NCBI GenBank assembly: GCA_965112155.1
Contig: OZ218103.1
Strand: one strand, 5' to 3'
Length of the DNA stretch: 64,000 nucleotides
Origin: Podarcis liolepis
Taxonomy: Eukaryota
This document shows, one piece after another, positions 15,005 to 27,685 of this stretch. Numbering within the stretch: position 1 is the stretch's first letter; every line of letters begins with the position of its first letter. The notes under the pieces were generated by a model. The model saw only the letters and a list, made by a program, of their open reading frames with translations. It was not told where the DNA came from and did not search any database. The position numbers and the translations under genes are program-made.

Positions 15005-16333
15005 GTAAGGGGGAAAAGTTGACTGTTAACTGTAGATGATTTTCAGTATTATTGTTAATATTGTGTATTAAGATGTGCACGTGAGTAGCTTGCAAACCTG
15101 TTAATGAAAGGGAGTTATGAGCATATTTTGAGCTTTCAGACAAAACCCATTCAAACTTCTGATTCAGAAATCACTCATACAGCCTCATACTGCATTACGC
15201 CTTGCAAAAAATGTCATTCTGGGATTCCAATGTTCAGATTCCAATGTAATGTTCAGAAGTCTGAGTTATATTAAGGTTCTTCTGCATTGTGCAGATAAAC
15301 TCATGATAAGCTTTTAGTTGGATTGGATTTGAAAGTAAAACTTGGTGCATTGTAAGTTGGTGTTATATGAGGAAATGAAGTAGTAACAGGGGGAATGCTA
15401 TAAAATAGGCAAGACCACTAAGGATGATCTGTTGCACATACTGATCTATAAAGTTTGCACTAAACTACTCATAGTAAAATAAAAGACAATTTGTAGACTA
15501 TTGTAGAGAGAGCTTCGAATCTGAGAAAGCTGACAAAAGGCCTTGAGAAGTCTGCCTTACCCAGATACAGGTTTTCTTTCAAGCTAAGCCTCCCAGATAG
15601 GAATTGTCATTTCTGTCTCCTATACAGCATGCAGCTGGTGTTGAGGCCAACTATAATCAATATGCACCTGAAAAGGTGGATTTTATTTGCTTCTGCAGCA
15701 CAGCATGTGCATCAAGCAGCTCCATTAAGTATTTTGGTTTGTTGTTTTGAGATGTCAGTTTCAAAATTAGAATTTAAAATTAGACTAATTGTCATTCTGT
15801 CTTGCTAGCCCATTGCTCCTTATATGCAATGATTAAGTTCCATCATGGCTATGAAAACTACCAATTACAATTGAATTGGTTTCTGCTAAGAAAAGTTATC
15901 ACTTTTCGGTCCCACCGTTCTGTTGTCAAGATGCGTTGAGTACATTTATTGTCTCAGCTACTTGAGGATGTGAATATTAGTGCAGCTAACAGACAATCTG
16001 TTTTTTACTCAGCAAGTGTGACAGAGGTATAACAGTAAAAGTAGCTTCAGTGGCTCTTGCTGTAGCAAAACTATATTAAAAGTAATTTGAATGTTCACAG
16101 CCAGGCTAACAGGATTTCTACAACCATGATGTTAATAATTGAAACTCCGCCTTTTTATTGTAGTCATGGTGGACTGACAGGAGAACTGCCTGAATCTTTG
16201 GTTTTAAAAGTTTGAAAGAGCTGTACTTTTGTAATTCGTTTTGATAACTTTGTGTACCTTATGGCCAGGAGAAATGAAAATTTGATGGTGAAAGAAAAAA
16301 ATGACTGCTATCTAAGAATCAAGCCAAATTATA

Positions 16334-17258
16334 CAGTGGTACCCCGCAAGACGAACGCCTCGCAAGACGGAAAACCCGCTAGACGAAAGGGTTTTCCGTT
16401 TTGGAGGCGCTTCGCAAAACGAATTTCCCTATGGGCTTGCTTCGCAAGACGAAAGCCCATAGGGAAATCTCCGGGGACCTCTTTTAAATGCTAGCGGTGG
16501 GGAGCAAAGCCTCCCCCCCCCTCCGGCCTTCAGAAGAGGTCCAGGAAGGCTGGCGGGGGCTGAAAGGCTTTGCTCCCCAGCGCCAGCATTTTAAAAGCAG
16601 TCCGGGATAGCAGGGAAGCGCTTCCCGCTATCCCGGACGGCTTTTGAAGGCAGGAGAGGTCCGCGAAGCCTGGGCGCGCTGATGTCAGCGCGCGCAGGCT
16701 TCGGCATGCCGGCAACTCTCCGCCAGCAGCGGCAGCGCTGCCGCTGCTGGCGGAGAGGTCCGCGAAGCCTTGGCCGGACAGCTTTTGAAGGCAGGCGGGG
16801 GGGAGCAAAGACTTTCGCCCCCGCCAGCCTTCAGAAGAGGTCCAGGACCTCTTCTGAAGGCTGGCGGGGGGCAAAAGTCTTTGTCCCCCCTGCCTGCCTT
16901 CCCAGGGGCTTTTAAATCGCCCCGGACAGCGGAGAAGTCCTCCGCTGTCCCGGGGCGATTTTAAAATGCCGCCCGCCAGCATTTTAAGATCGCCTCGGAC
17001 AGCGGAGAAGCCCTCCGCTGTCCCGGGGTTTTTTTAAATGCTGGGGGTGGGAAGAAAAGCCCTTGTCCCCCCCCCCCAGCCTTCAGAAGAGGTCGGGGGA
17101 CAGACTGTCCCCGGACCTGGTCTGAAGTCGGTTTCCCTAGGAACGCATTAATTGATTTTCAATGCATTCCTATGGGAAACCGTGCATCGCAAGACGAAAA
17201 ACTCGCAAGAAGAAAAAACTTGCAGAACGAATTAATTTCGTCTTGCGAGGCACCACTG
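16334..17258. mobile_element. Non-autonomous Tc1/mariner (pogo/Tigger-like) DNA transposon
   Basis: TIRs CAGTGGTACCCCGCAAGACGAA / TTCGTCTTGCGAGGCACCACTG, TA TSD on both sides, subterminal GCAAGACGAA repeats, no transposase ORF. Confidence 0.9.
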
Positions 17259-17393
17259 TACTCCACTTGTATAATTGATGAATCTCAGGAAAGTCCCTGA
17301 TCTCAAGTAGGATATTTCTTTCTATATCCCAAGAGTGCCAACTGTTCCTTGCCTGTTGAATACATGACCTCAATTTTGTGTTCTCGTTTGCAG

Positions 17394-17503
17394 CTCGCAC
17401 CGAGCGATATCAGCATTTAGATTCTGAGGAAGAGGATGACACGAATGACGATGATCATGTGGAACTTAGGCAGTTTTCCTCATGTTCACCAAGGTTTAGC
17501 AAG
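17394..17503 (+). CDS. MAST2: MAST2 exon ([16 protein letters not shown]...[10 protein letters not shown])
   Basis: tgcag|CT, AAG|gtatat; 110 nt. Confidence 0.94.
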
Positions 17504-17613
17504 GTATATATTTTTAATAAATATATGGGATTTGAACTCTGTTGTGGTCAAAACAGTATGAACAGCTGTATGATCTCTTTAACTTACATGGAAGCTAGGC
17601 TGTTTAGGAGGTA

Positions 17614-18101
17614 CAGTGGTACCTTGGGTCTCAAACTTAATCCGTTCCAGAAGTCCGTTCCAAAACCAAAGTGTTTCAAAACCAAAGTGCACTTTCCCAT
17701 ATAAAGTAATGCAAAATGGATTAATCTGTTCCAGTCTTTTAAAAACAACCCCTAAAACAGCAATTTAACATGAATTTTACTATGTAATGAAACCATTGAT
17801 CCATAAAATGAAAGCAATAAACAATGTACTGCAGTCACACAATCAATCAATCAATCAATCAGTAGCTGAACTGGGTTCCACACAGTCACAAAAACAAAAG
17901 AGCCGTAAAAACAAAAACGCAAAATAAATAGCAAAACAGACAGAACTCAGAGTAACACTCAAAATGGAATCGTGGCGCTCAAAACGGAGCGCATTCGGCT
18001 TCTGAAAAAAGTTCGCAAACTGGAACACTTACTTCCAGGTTTGCAGTTTTAGCTTCCAAGTTGTTTGAATAGCAAGGCGTTTGAGAACCAAGGCACCACT
18101 G
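17614..18101. mobile_element. Tigger/pogo-like non-autonomous element
   Basis: TIRs CAGTGGTACCTTGGGTCTCAAAC / GTTTGAGAACCAAGGCACCACTG; TA TSD. Confidence 0.88.
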
Positions 18102-19218
18102 TAATTACTTGCCTGTACAAGAGCTGCCCATTTGTAAATGGACTCTGGGCCCAACAGAGTTCTGTGCTGTGATTGATGGGATTGAATTAACCACAGAGCA
18201 GCATACCTGCTGTGTCAACTTTTGTGGGGGTAGGAACTTGTTAGAGATGACACACATAAGCAGGCCTGTTTTGGGAATTATTTCAGTAGAAGAATATACA
18301 AGACGTTAGGAGGAAATTGAAAATTCATAGCAGGATTTTCAGAAAAGGTCCTAGAACATGATGGTTGCTTAGTAATTAGCAATACTAATAGGCATGAGCA
18401 GAATGCCTGCGCCTTATGTCCTGCTCAAGGAGCTCTCTAGAAAAATCCAAATGGATTTTGAAATTTGACTTCTGAACCAGAATACTCAGTGATGAGGCAC
18501 AAAATGAGGTACAGATGCAGTATTTGGGGGGACACAGTGCAAAACTGAGCTGATGGAGCCATGCCTGTGTCTTGAGCTCTGAAAAATAATACAGCATTCA
18601 TCATGTGGGTGGCACGAAAGGCTCATTATAGTTTGAAAATGTTGTCTGACAATTCATCCAGATAATTTATTAATAGCTATCCTGTTGATGTTGTGAATTT
18701 TTAATAATGTTGTTTTCATCAGTCTCATATGCAAATCAGGTTCTCAGTTGAGTTCAGTCTTATAAACACAGATTTCTCTCTCTCTCTCCTGTTAACTGTT
18801 CAATGATTTAAAATGTCATTGTAAAGCAGTTGTTGAGGCATGATTGACTAAGCAAATTAGTCAGTAGGGTGTAGGATTTCTTTTTTTAAAAAATCTCTCT
18901 TGGTTAAGCTTGTACTACAGAATTTCTAGAAATAGATTATCTCTGGGGTTGGAAATCTTAACACCCTCACCATTAATTAAACCGGTGAAGCTTTGTTTTC
19001 CAAAACCTCTGTTGCAAGCATAGAACTTAAAATCACTTTACAGAAATAACAGCAATTTGTGGGCACCTACATCTTCTTGTTGGCTTCAGCAGATAATTAA
19101 AGGACATTGCCAATTCCATCTTTTCAGTTTAAAAATTGGAATTCTGAAATATCCTGTGATTTAAAGAGTCTATCAGTGACCGTTGTCATTCTAATATACA
19201 GTTTGATTGTACCTATAG

Positions 19219-19370
19219 GTGTACAGCAGTATGGAACGTCTTTCCATCCATGAAGAGAGGAAAACGCCACCGCCTACCAAGCGTAGCCTGAGTGAGGAAA
19301 AAGATGACAGACTAGAAAGCCTTGGCCTGAAGTGTCGAGACCGCAGCTGGGTGATTGGGTCTCCTGAAAT
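19219..19370 (+). CDS. MAST2: MAST2 exon (VYSSMERLSIHEERKTPPPTKRSLSEEK...WVIGSPEI)
   Basis: tatag|GTG, AT|gtgagc; 152 nt; sequence is diagnostic for MAST2 among MAST paralogs. Confidence 0.94.
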
Positions 19371-19481
19371 GTGAGCGTAACAAATGCTAGGTGTCCTTTA
19401 CTTTTTCTCCCTGCCTCTGGATTAAAATAATGTTTGTGGGGGCAAAGAAGCAGTGTATGAACAGATAAACTTCATAAGTTG

Positions 19482-19551
19482 GCAGGGGGTTGGACTCGAT
19501 GGCCCTTGTGGTCTCCTCCAACTCTATGATTCTATGATTCTTTGATTCTAT
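19482..19551 (+). mobile_element. CR1 LINE 3' end
   Basis: GGGTTGGACTCGATGGCC...TCCAACTCTATG followed by (ATTCTATG)-type octamer tail repeats, typical of CR1. Confidence 0.8.
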
Positions 19552-20884
19552 ATGCTAATATTCCATGAAGCATTGCCAGACTTTTATCACAACAAATATA
19601 ATGCAACGAGTTTTACTGTTAAGCAAAAAAGTATTTTGTGAGGGGTCTTAATCAACACAGTGCTCCCCAGATGTTGTGAGCCACAGCTCGTCTTATCTCT
19701 GACAGTTGACTGTGGTGGCTCAGGCTAATGGAAATTGTACTCCATATCATCTGAATGACAGACACCATGTTGGCTACCTTTTGTCTGAAAGGGATGCTCA
19801 CATGAACATCCAAATAAAGTGCCAGTGTAGAGGTTTTTACAGTCATGTATTTAAAGAAACGTATTGGTACTTTTGATTATGCTGAATACCAATGTTCCCT
19901 TTTAATACACGTCTAAATAGTGGACTTGGTAGCTTAATATTTCAAGCTGCAATTCTGTATATTCTGCTTAAATCTCAGTGATAGTGGAAAGCAATATGCA
20001 GTTTCAGTAAAGATTGTTTTTAAACTGTTCTCCAAAAAACTGTTCTATCAAAATAAAATGCCTTCACTCAACTACCAAAATGCTTAATTTGGCTGAAAGG
20101 AATGATTTCTTTAAAAGTAAGAGTGGGCAGGAAACATATATACAGCTATTGTGGCCATTAATCATGCCTTCCCCTTTTTTGATACTAAATGGAAAAACAG
20201 TAGTTTATGACTTGTATTCAATGCAAATAATTGCTTCACTTGGATCTTTCATTGGTAGTGCTATGTAGCATAGTGTCAAAGAGTATGAGGAATTACGGTA
20301 GCTGGTACGTTCCTGCTTCAAAATGTGACTTTTAGGCAAGTGAAACCATCTCCTAGCCTTACTGAGATAATGGAATATAGAGGACAACCCTCAAATCGTG
20401 CTATATCAATTCTTCTGCGATTGGTGTATAAAATTTCTGTATAAAAGGTTTTAGATTTCTGAAAGCTTTATTTCTAAATATAATATCCACTTATACTTTG
20501 GTTTTGGTGTACTGAAAAATAGAAAGAAATGCAACCACAGCTACCTATATTGATAGGGAGCGTGGTGTGTTTGAGATTAAAAGTTTTGAAAAATTGCCTA
20601 ACATATTTGTGAAATTTGTGGCTTCAGTAGTGGCTTTTTAGTCTTTTCAAATCATCTAATTTCAGTTCTGTCTTGACTGAAATACCATCACTTTGATTAA
20701 CAAATCATAGCACCAAATTATCTTGCCTTTTTTATAAGCATGTCAAAGTTTGCTCCAACTAGATCGCTCATTCTTGACTTCTGCTTTATTATGCTTGTAT
20801 ATCATTAACAGTAGCTGCATCTTGAAATCACCAACTTCCTGAAAAATAAATTATCTGGGGTTTGTTCTGTTCTCTTCCCTACAG

Positions 20885-21171
20885 ACTGCGGAAACATCTC
20901 TCAGTGTCTGAATCCTCTCACACAGAGAGTGACTCCAGTCCACCTCTGACTGTCCGCCGGCGATGCTCTGGGCTTCTAGACATGCCCCGCTTTGCAATTT
21001 CAGCTGAGGAAGAAGGTAAAAAGAAACAGCTGGATGGGACACAGCCACGGGAAAGCCACCCTCTTCCAATTCCAGAACAACCTGTGGAGCGAGAACTACA
21101 ACTGGATGATGAGGATGGGTTAAAAACACCCTCTTCAACTGTCAGTAATATGAGCAGCTCAACACTGACAG
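20885..21171 (+). CDS. MAST2: MAST2 exon (LRKHLSVSESSHTESDSSPP...SSSTLT)
   Basis: tacag|A, G|gtatgt; 287 nt. Confidence 0.92.
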
Positions 21172-22155
21172 GTATGTGCCTTTCAAGATGGAAGCATTGT
21201 CTCCGCTAGGTTCACTAAGCTTATTGTTATCTGGGCAGGTCATTCTAAACATCTCCTTACACAATATGGGGTAGAAAAATTTTGCCTCCCTGGATGCTTC
21301 TGTTCTGTTAGGCATCTATGCATAGGCGTCATATTGAACAGGGAGTATGTGCATAAATGTCACATAGATCTGAACAGTGTGGGTGATACCACACACACAG
21401 TCTGGGGATCAACAATGCAATTTGGCACTACATGCACTGGATTTTACATTCATAAACCATATTCAGATGTTAACCCACACATAGATGTCCAGTGATCTCT
21501 CTGAGGTGATATAGATAGACCTGGGTGGCAGGGAGTTGCAGTCTTGCTCACCTGTCGCAGGTAAGGAGATTTTTTCTCAAGAAGCTTGTTACTCAAGTTT
21601 TCACAGATCCACAGGGCCAACAGCTGGCTTCACTTCGGAACCGTAAAAAAACTGGACTGCTTTTTTGTCGGGTCCATGTTAAAATATTAAAAGCTATGTC
21701 ATAATGCCTTCTATAATACAGAACATCTTGTTTAGAAGTAGCAAACAAACAGGTTGTGGTCTTTGTCCCCAACTTTTGTTGATAGATTAACTGGTCTTCT
21801 TTTTTCATCATGTTGTTTGGATGTTTAATACCACCCCTCCCCCCAAAAAATCTCAGACTTCTGCTACTTCCAACACAGTAGCAGAGTTAGCTTTATTCAG
21901 GGTGTTTGGGGTGAAGTTTCTTTGGCTTAATTATGTGTTTTTGTAGCAGAAGGAAAACATGGTAATTTTGTTGAGATTATAACACCCCTAGTTAAATGCA
22001 TCTATAAATAAGGCTTCAGGGCTTGGGTTTGCTTCTGAGGAAAGTTCACTGTCGGGCTGTGTGTAAACATGACTTTGATTTCATATACGTGCCTGCAGGG
22101 GAACAGACTGTTAGAAATTCCCTATGGTTCTAATCTATTTTAATTGATACTGTAG

Positions 22156-22371
22156 CTGGAAGCACTACAGACTTCTCTGATCAGTGCACTCGCAGTAATA
22201 GCAACGAGGGCCCAGAGTTTACTACTCCTAAAGCCACAAGTGACTTGGCAGTGCGGCGAGCCCGACATAGGCTACTCTCTGGGGAGTCTGGGGAAAAACG
22301 GACCACACGTCCTGTTAATAAAGTGATTAAGTCAGCATCGGCCACAGCCCTCTCTCTCCTAATTCCTTCAG
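22156..22371 (+). CDS. MAST2: MAST2 exon (...[16 protein letters not shown]...[16 protein letters not shown])
   Basis: tgtag|CT (an in-frame alternative tacag| would start at 22171), G|gtaaga; 216 nt. Confidence 0.88.
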
Positions 22372-23902
22372 GTAAGATACGGAAAGAGTATTATTTGGGT
22401 GACTTGCTTAAAACCAGAGGACTTTTAAGCACTTGAAGTAATACCTTTATATATTTCAAGTTGGGCCAAGATTCATTTAAAGTCATGTTGTTCTGGTGGT
22501 GAAGATGTAATGATTTGCCATTTATAACTCAATTATATATCAAGGACAGCAATTTATTTGTCAGCTTTTTAACTACATCTACCATAAGCTATTTTATTAT
22601 AGTTTCTTAAAATGCAGCTTCTTTTGTTTGTAGATGTTTATGGAGCAGCATGTTAAAATTGCAAGCATGAGAAAAATGTAGGTGTCTTGTAGCTGTGCAG
22701 GCATCTACTGACATTACTGCATTTCAAGAATTTCATGAACAGCTGAGATGGTGTAAAAAAAATGCTGCAATGGATCAAGTTACTAAGTTCATTTGAACCA
22801 TAGAAATAGAAATCTAACCTCAATGTGGCTGCAATATGGCCCTAGGCAGCTATTTGCATATAACCCTCTTCTGACGGCTCATTCTTAAGGAGCTGTGCAC
22901 TGCTCCCGGCATGTCATTAGCTCTAACATTCATTGAAAGAACTAGCTGTGGGTGAATTCACTACTTAAGTCAAGAGAATGAGTTTCAAATGGGTAAAATT
23001 CGCTGTGTGGGGTTGCCCTTTTTCTCATTGCCTGCCATAGACAGTATTGGTTCATTTCTGTGGTCAAGTTCAGCATTTTATGTCCAGAGGTGAGTCATTG
23101 TGGGCCAATATTTCCCATTTACTTAACCATGACCATCTGCTGTTTGCTCCCATTGTCTGGTATACTAGACAGTGTGGTTATACAGTGAATAGGGAATATG
23201 GCAATTCAGTTCACAGCCAGTGGCTGTGGATGAATATCCTTTATGAAGTTGCTTAATCCCACATCGTCCTATGGTATTAAATGCCTTATTTATGGGCAGT
23301 GTGCAAAAGTGCTTCTTTTTAATGTCCTGACTCTTGATTCAAGTGGCCATCAGTTTCATTTCATGTTCCTAGGGTCTGTTTGTTTATATGAAACATTTCT
23401 CTATACCATTAATATTTTTCTAAACTTCTGTCATGCTTTCTGTAATTTTTCCAAACTAAACAGCCAAAACATTTCAGGCTTTCTTCACGAGGAAGGTGCT
23501 CCAACCTCTTGATCATGTTAAGCCTGTGAAATCACTCCTTTTGAGACAGGTGATTTTATAGAAGAAGAAAAACCCATAGCTTCAGATCTGAAATCAGAAT
23601 AATTTTTAGGACATGCTTACAGGTCAGTTACAGAATAAGAGTATAACTTGGCTAGGTTAGCGGTGACAAGTAATGCACAATCCTGATATTCCGTTTCTCT
23701 GAAGTTGATTTGTTAAAACATATTTTCAGTGGCCAAGAAAAGAGGAATCAAGTGTCACTAGGCTTTTTCAAATGCAAGTGCTATAATTCTACAAGTGTTA
23801 CAAATCAAGATATTTTGTTCCGCTTTCATAATTTAATGCACATTGTATTTTCTTATGAAAACCAGGCTTTCTAATTTGCAGTCCTTCTTTATTTTCATGT
23901 AG

Positions 23903-24129
23903 AGCACCATACATGTTCTCCATTGGCTAGTCCAATGTCACCTCATTCTCTCTCCTCCAATCCATCTTCAAGAGACTCATCTCCAAGTCGGGACTTTTCT
24001 CCTGCTGTCATGAATCCCAAACCACCAATCATCATCCACCGAGCTGGGAAGAAATACGGCTTCACACTTCGTGCTATTAGAGTCTACATGGGGAACAGTG
24101 ATGTCTACACAGTGCAACACATGGTCTGG
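23903..24129 (+). CDS. MAST2: MAST2 exon, PDZ start ([14 protein letters not shown]...[16 protein letters not shown]...HMVW)
   Basis: tgtag|AG, TGG|gtacgt; 227 nt; PDZ carboxylate loop KYGF. Confidence 0.95.
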
Positions 24130-25004
24130 GTACGTTCGTCTCAGTCATGATATGACTCGCTTATAGCCTAATTTGGAAAGAACCTTTAATTAACTGGGCC
24201 CAGTAAAACCCCTTGTTTTTCCAGAAACGGTGTCTCTCTTCTACAGAAATATATTGGGTGGGGGGGTGGGAAGCTCTCTATCAGAGTTGTAACCCCTGGG
24301 TTAATTACATTTAATTCCTTCTGAGCTGTGTTGACAATGATGGTCTGCTTCGGATCATCTCCTTCCCTTAGGATTTTTCACACATCTGCCTGGAGTTGAT
24401 TACATGTCTTAAAGCATCACTGTCTTCCCACTGAATCGACTAGGGATTTGGAATTCAGTTCAGCTGTGAATTATACAAGGGGCTTGCTGTGTGTGCTTGC
24501 TGTTTCTCCTTCACCCGTATTCTCAGACAGCCTGTCTTGTATATGTGTTCTCTTTTTGAAGTTTATATGCGATTGTTTGCCAGAGCCATTCCCCACAAAG
24601 AATGTTTCTCAGTTTTAATTGCATGATGCTCACAGGTTAAAAAGAAAAAAAGAAATGGGAGGGGAAAGAGTGCCCCAATTTCCCTATAGACATCACTTAA
24701 GGTTTCCTCATCAAAATGGTGATTATTGTTTGAATCTAATTATCAGTGATACAATAATAATATGGAATAGAATAATTGCTTTTGTAAATCTGCTTCTGAT
24801 CCTTATTCTGCTTGACCTTGACAAGGACTGCATTATGTAGAAGACTTAGCTGTCATAAGGCACAGGATCACATGCCACAAATTGAACACGTCATCATTTG
24901 GGTTGTTTTCATGCTTGCAATTGATTGTTTACCCATCTTGACTCATAAATATTCATAACTATTTGTATTGGGAGAGAAATTATTATTAATAACTTAGAGA
25001 TGAG

Positions 25005-25182
25005 TAGCAGAACCACACCACATGCCATGCAGCTATAAGGCCCCAGGTGCAGTCCCTGACATCTCCAGTTAGGTAGATAAGCTGAGAAAGACCTCTGCCT
25101 GAGACCCCAGAGAATGTATGCTAGATAGATGAGTGGGCTAGATGAGCCAGTGGTCTGACTTGGTATGAGGCAGTTCATTTAT
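25005..25182 (+). mobile_element. Degenerate tRNA-derived squamate SINE (Squam3-like)
   Basis: Similar to the copy at 48415: CCCAGGT..TCCC..CATCTCCAG...CTAGATG..CCAGTGGTCTGACT..GTAT.AGGCAG. Confidence 0.6.
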
Positions 25183-25349
25183 ATCTTCACAAAGGTCCAA
25201 ATAAAAAACTTGGTAGTGAGCATAGCATCGCCTTCTAGCATATAGTGCACGGAAATTCTGAGACTGGTTTGTATGTAGAGTTGAGGGGCAGATAACATGA
25301 ACAGATGATTCTGTTTGTTGAAATTGATGTATTGTCTCTATATTGTCAG

Positions 25350-25472
25350 CATGTAGAAGAAGGTGGCCCTGCAAGTGAGGCTGGTCTGAGAGAAGGGGAC
25401 TTGATAACCCATGTGAATGGAGAGCCTGTACATGGACTGGTTCATACTGAAGTGGTGGAGTTGGTCTTGAAG
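25350..25472 (+). CDS. MAST2: MAST2 PDZ exon ([25 protein letters not shown]...VELVLK)
   Basis: gtcag|CAT, AAG|gtaaag; 123 nt; PDZ GDxIxxVNG motif. Confidence 0.96.
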
Positions 25473-26361
25473 GTAAAGATGGAGTATACACACGTGCTGT
25501 GTGACAAGTGCAATGTGCATAAACATAAATACTTAATAAAAAAAGGGATGCTTACCCCAAGGAGGTTCTCCTGGAGTATCCCTTTGTGTCATATTGGTGT
25601 CTGACCATTTATTTCCCCAGACTTTGCTTTATCTTGCTGATGATTTTAATCTATGTTGCTCTTATATGTTGCTCTTAGTATGCTGTTCATTAGTTTTAAT
25701 TATTTTATTTGTATTTTGATTACTATGTTGTACACTGTCCTGAAGTTTGGTTTTGAGAGACAGGGTAAAAGTTTCAAGGAGTCTTGTGTTGTTAAGGCTT
25801 CTGCAATACAGATCCTAGCATATTGTACTAGAAAAATAGAGGCAGATGAACCAAAAGCATTAATAGCGGCATTACTAAAACATGAATCCTTTTTCACCAT
25901 AAGGAACATGCTATTTGAATTATTTTTCTAATTTTTAAGCTGCAAAACACTATTTTCTCTTATTGCTCTCATCGTAGATTGAAAACTATTTTTTTAAGCA
26001 TTTTGCTCTGATTTGTCTTAAGGCTTTTCCACATGGTAAATGTGAAATGATTTCTTTGGAAGGTCCAAATGCTTCTCTTCAGGGTAGTGCTTCTGATTCA
26101 TTTTCCTCACACATCAGACAGTAATATATTGTTGCTGGCGAAAAGTTTTATCTAGCTAGCATTTGGAGTGCTTTCTGGAATACAGTTTCACAAGTAGATT
26201 TGTGCCTGTGACACCACAGAAGTTGCAAGCCTTCCTATGCTATGGAGCAGCAGTGGAGTTCAGTTGACAAAGAAGGAACTTGCATGAGAAATGCAAGGAG
26301 CAAATGCACTTTGAACCTGCTGCCTGAATGGGGAGTAATTTGAATAAATATTTCTTTAGAG

Positions 26362-26489
26362 CAGGGATGGGGAACTGTGACCCTCCTGTTTTTGTAGGTC
26401 TCTTAACCTCCCAGCCACCATGGTCAGTAGTGAAAGATGATAGGAATTGGTCCAACAACATATGGCGGTCCACAGGTCATCCATCCATG
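26362..26489. mobile_element. hAT-type MITE
   Basis: Imperfect TIRs CAGGGATGGGGAAC / GTCATCCATCCATG; near-perfect 8-bp TSD CTTTAGAG/CTTTAGAA. Confidence 0.7.
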
Positions 26490-26923
26490 CTTTAGAAGAG
26501 GAAGGAATATCAAAGATAAAACCAAGTAGAAGTGCTGGAGTTGGGAAATGCTGCTTGAAATAATTTCTAGCATGAAGCTGCTGGACATGTAATTTATTTG
26601 ATTGTCTTCTGGTTACCTTAACAAATTTATGTTGCATAATGGGAATCACAGTGTTGAAACTATTTGTGGCTGTCCTTCAACTAGAAAAAATGTTGCTTAA
26701 TTAGTTGAAAAACCTGTGACTCAAGAAGACTTTCTAGCAGCATTTTCTAAAGACAAAATGAATAAATACATATTGGAGAAGAGGAAACAGAATCACAGAG
26801 GCTAATTTAAGCCACACAGTGGTAGACTGGCATTTCCCCTAGTATTAACATCCAGCCCAACCAAAATACTCATGAGAGATAAAGAGATAAGTAAAATGTG
26901 TGTGTGTGTTTTCTTGCTGGCAG

Positions 26924-27060
26924 AGTGGAAATAAAGTGTCCATATCTACTACACCTTTTGAGAACACATCAATTAAAGTGGGGCCAGCTCGGAAGGCCAG
27001 CTATAAATCAAAGATGGCAAGGAGGAACAAGAAAAGCAAAACAAAAGATGGACAGGAAAG
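26924..27060 (+). CDS. MAST2: MAST2 exon ([24 protein letters not shown]...KDGQES)
   Basis: ggcag|AGT, AG|gttagt; 137 nt. Confidence 0.95.
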
Positions 27061-27497
27061 GTTAGTGATACTTTCTTTTAGGAAATGAAATTATGCTCTG
27101 ATAGCAGTTGCCAAGGAAAATTGCAGAAATATCTTCTGCTAGTGAATGTTTTATATCACAAGAATTACACAGCGAGAGACGATTTTAGTAAGCTATGGGT
27201 TGCACCCAGAGTTCCATAAGTGAAGTTCCTGCTTATGAACAGGGTGGTCTCAGAATTGCCTCCATCTGCACCTTCTAAAAAATCTACTCTGGATGCCTGT
27301 AGGGTCCTCTGCATGGGAATAGCACAGGGTAGGGTTGCCGGGAGAAAGGGAAACCGGCAAAATTTGCCCACCCCCCTGCACCTTGTCTACAGAAGTCTCT
27401 TCTGGATCCAAGTTTTCGCTGGGAAAAGATGCATATCAAAGATGCTGATCCTATTTGTTTTTACAAATAATGATAGTATTCACTTTCACTTTCTCAG

Positions 27498-27685
27498 TAA
27501 GAAGAAGAGCTCTCTGTTCAGGAAGATTACCAAGCAGGCTTCTCTGCTTCACACCAGCAGGAGTTTGTCTTCTCTCAACCGTTCTCTGTCATCTGGAGAG
27601 AGTGTTCCTGGTTCACCTACTCAAAACCTCTCCCCTCGTTCACCAACACAGAGTTACCGATCTACTCCTGAGTCTGCACATTCAG
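27498..27685 (+). CDS. MAST2: MAST2 exon ([29 protein letters not shown]...ESAHS)
   Basis: ctcag|T, G|gtaaaa; 188 nt. Confidence 0.95.

Noticed and set aside
16252-16982. Overlapping ORFs of 64-150 aa
   Set aside because: By-products of GC-rich palindromic transposon sequence; no DDE transposase motifs.
16334-17258. Repeated GCAAGACGAA units and palindromes superficially like a CRISPR array
   Set aside because: Eukaryotic intron, no regular repeat-spacer periodicity, no cas genes; explained by transposon subterminal repeats.
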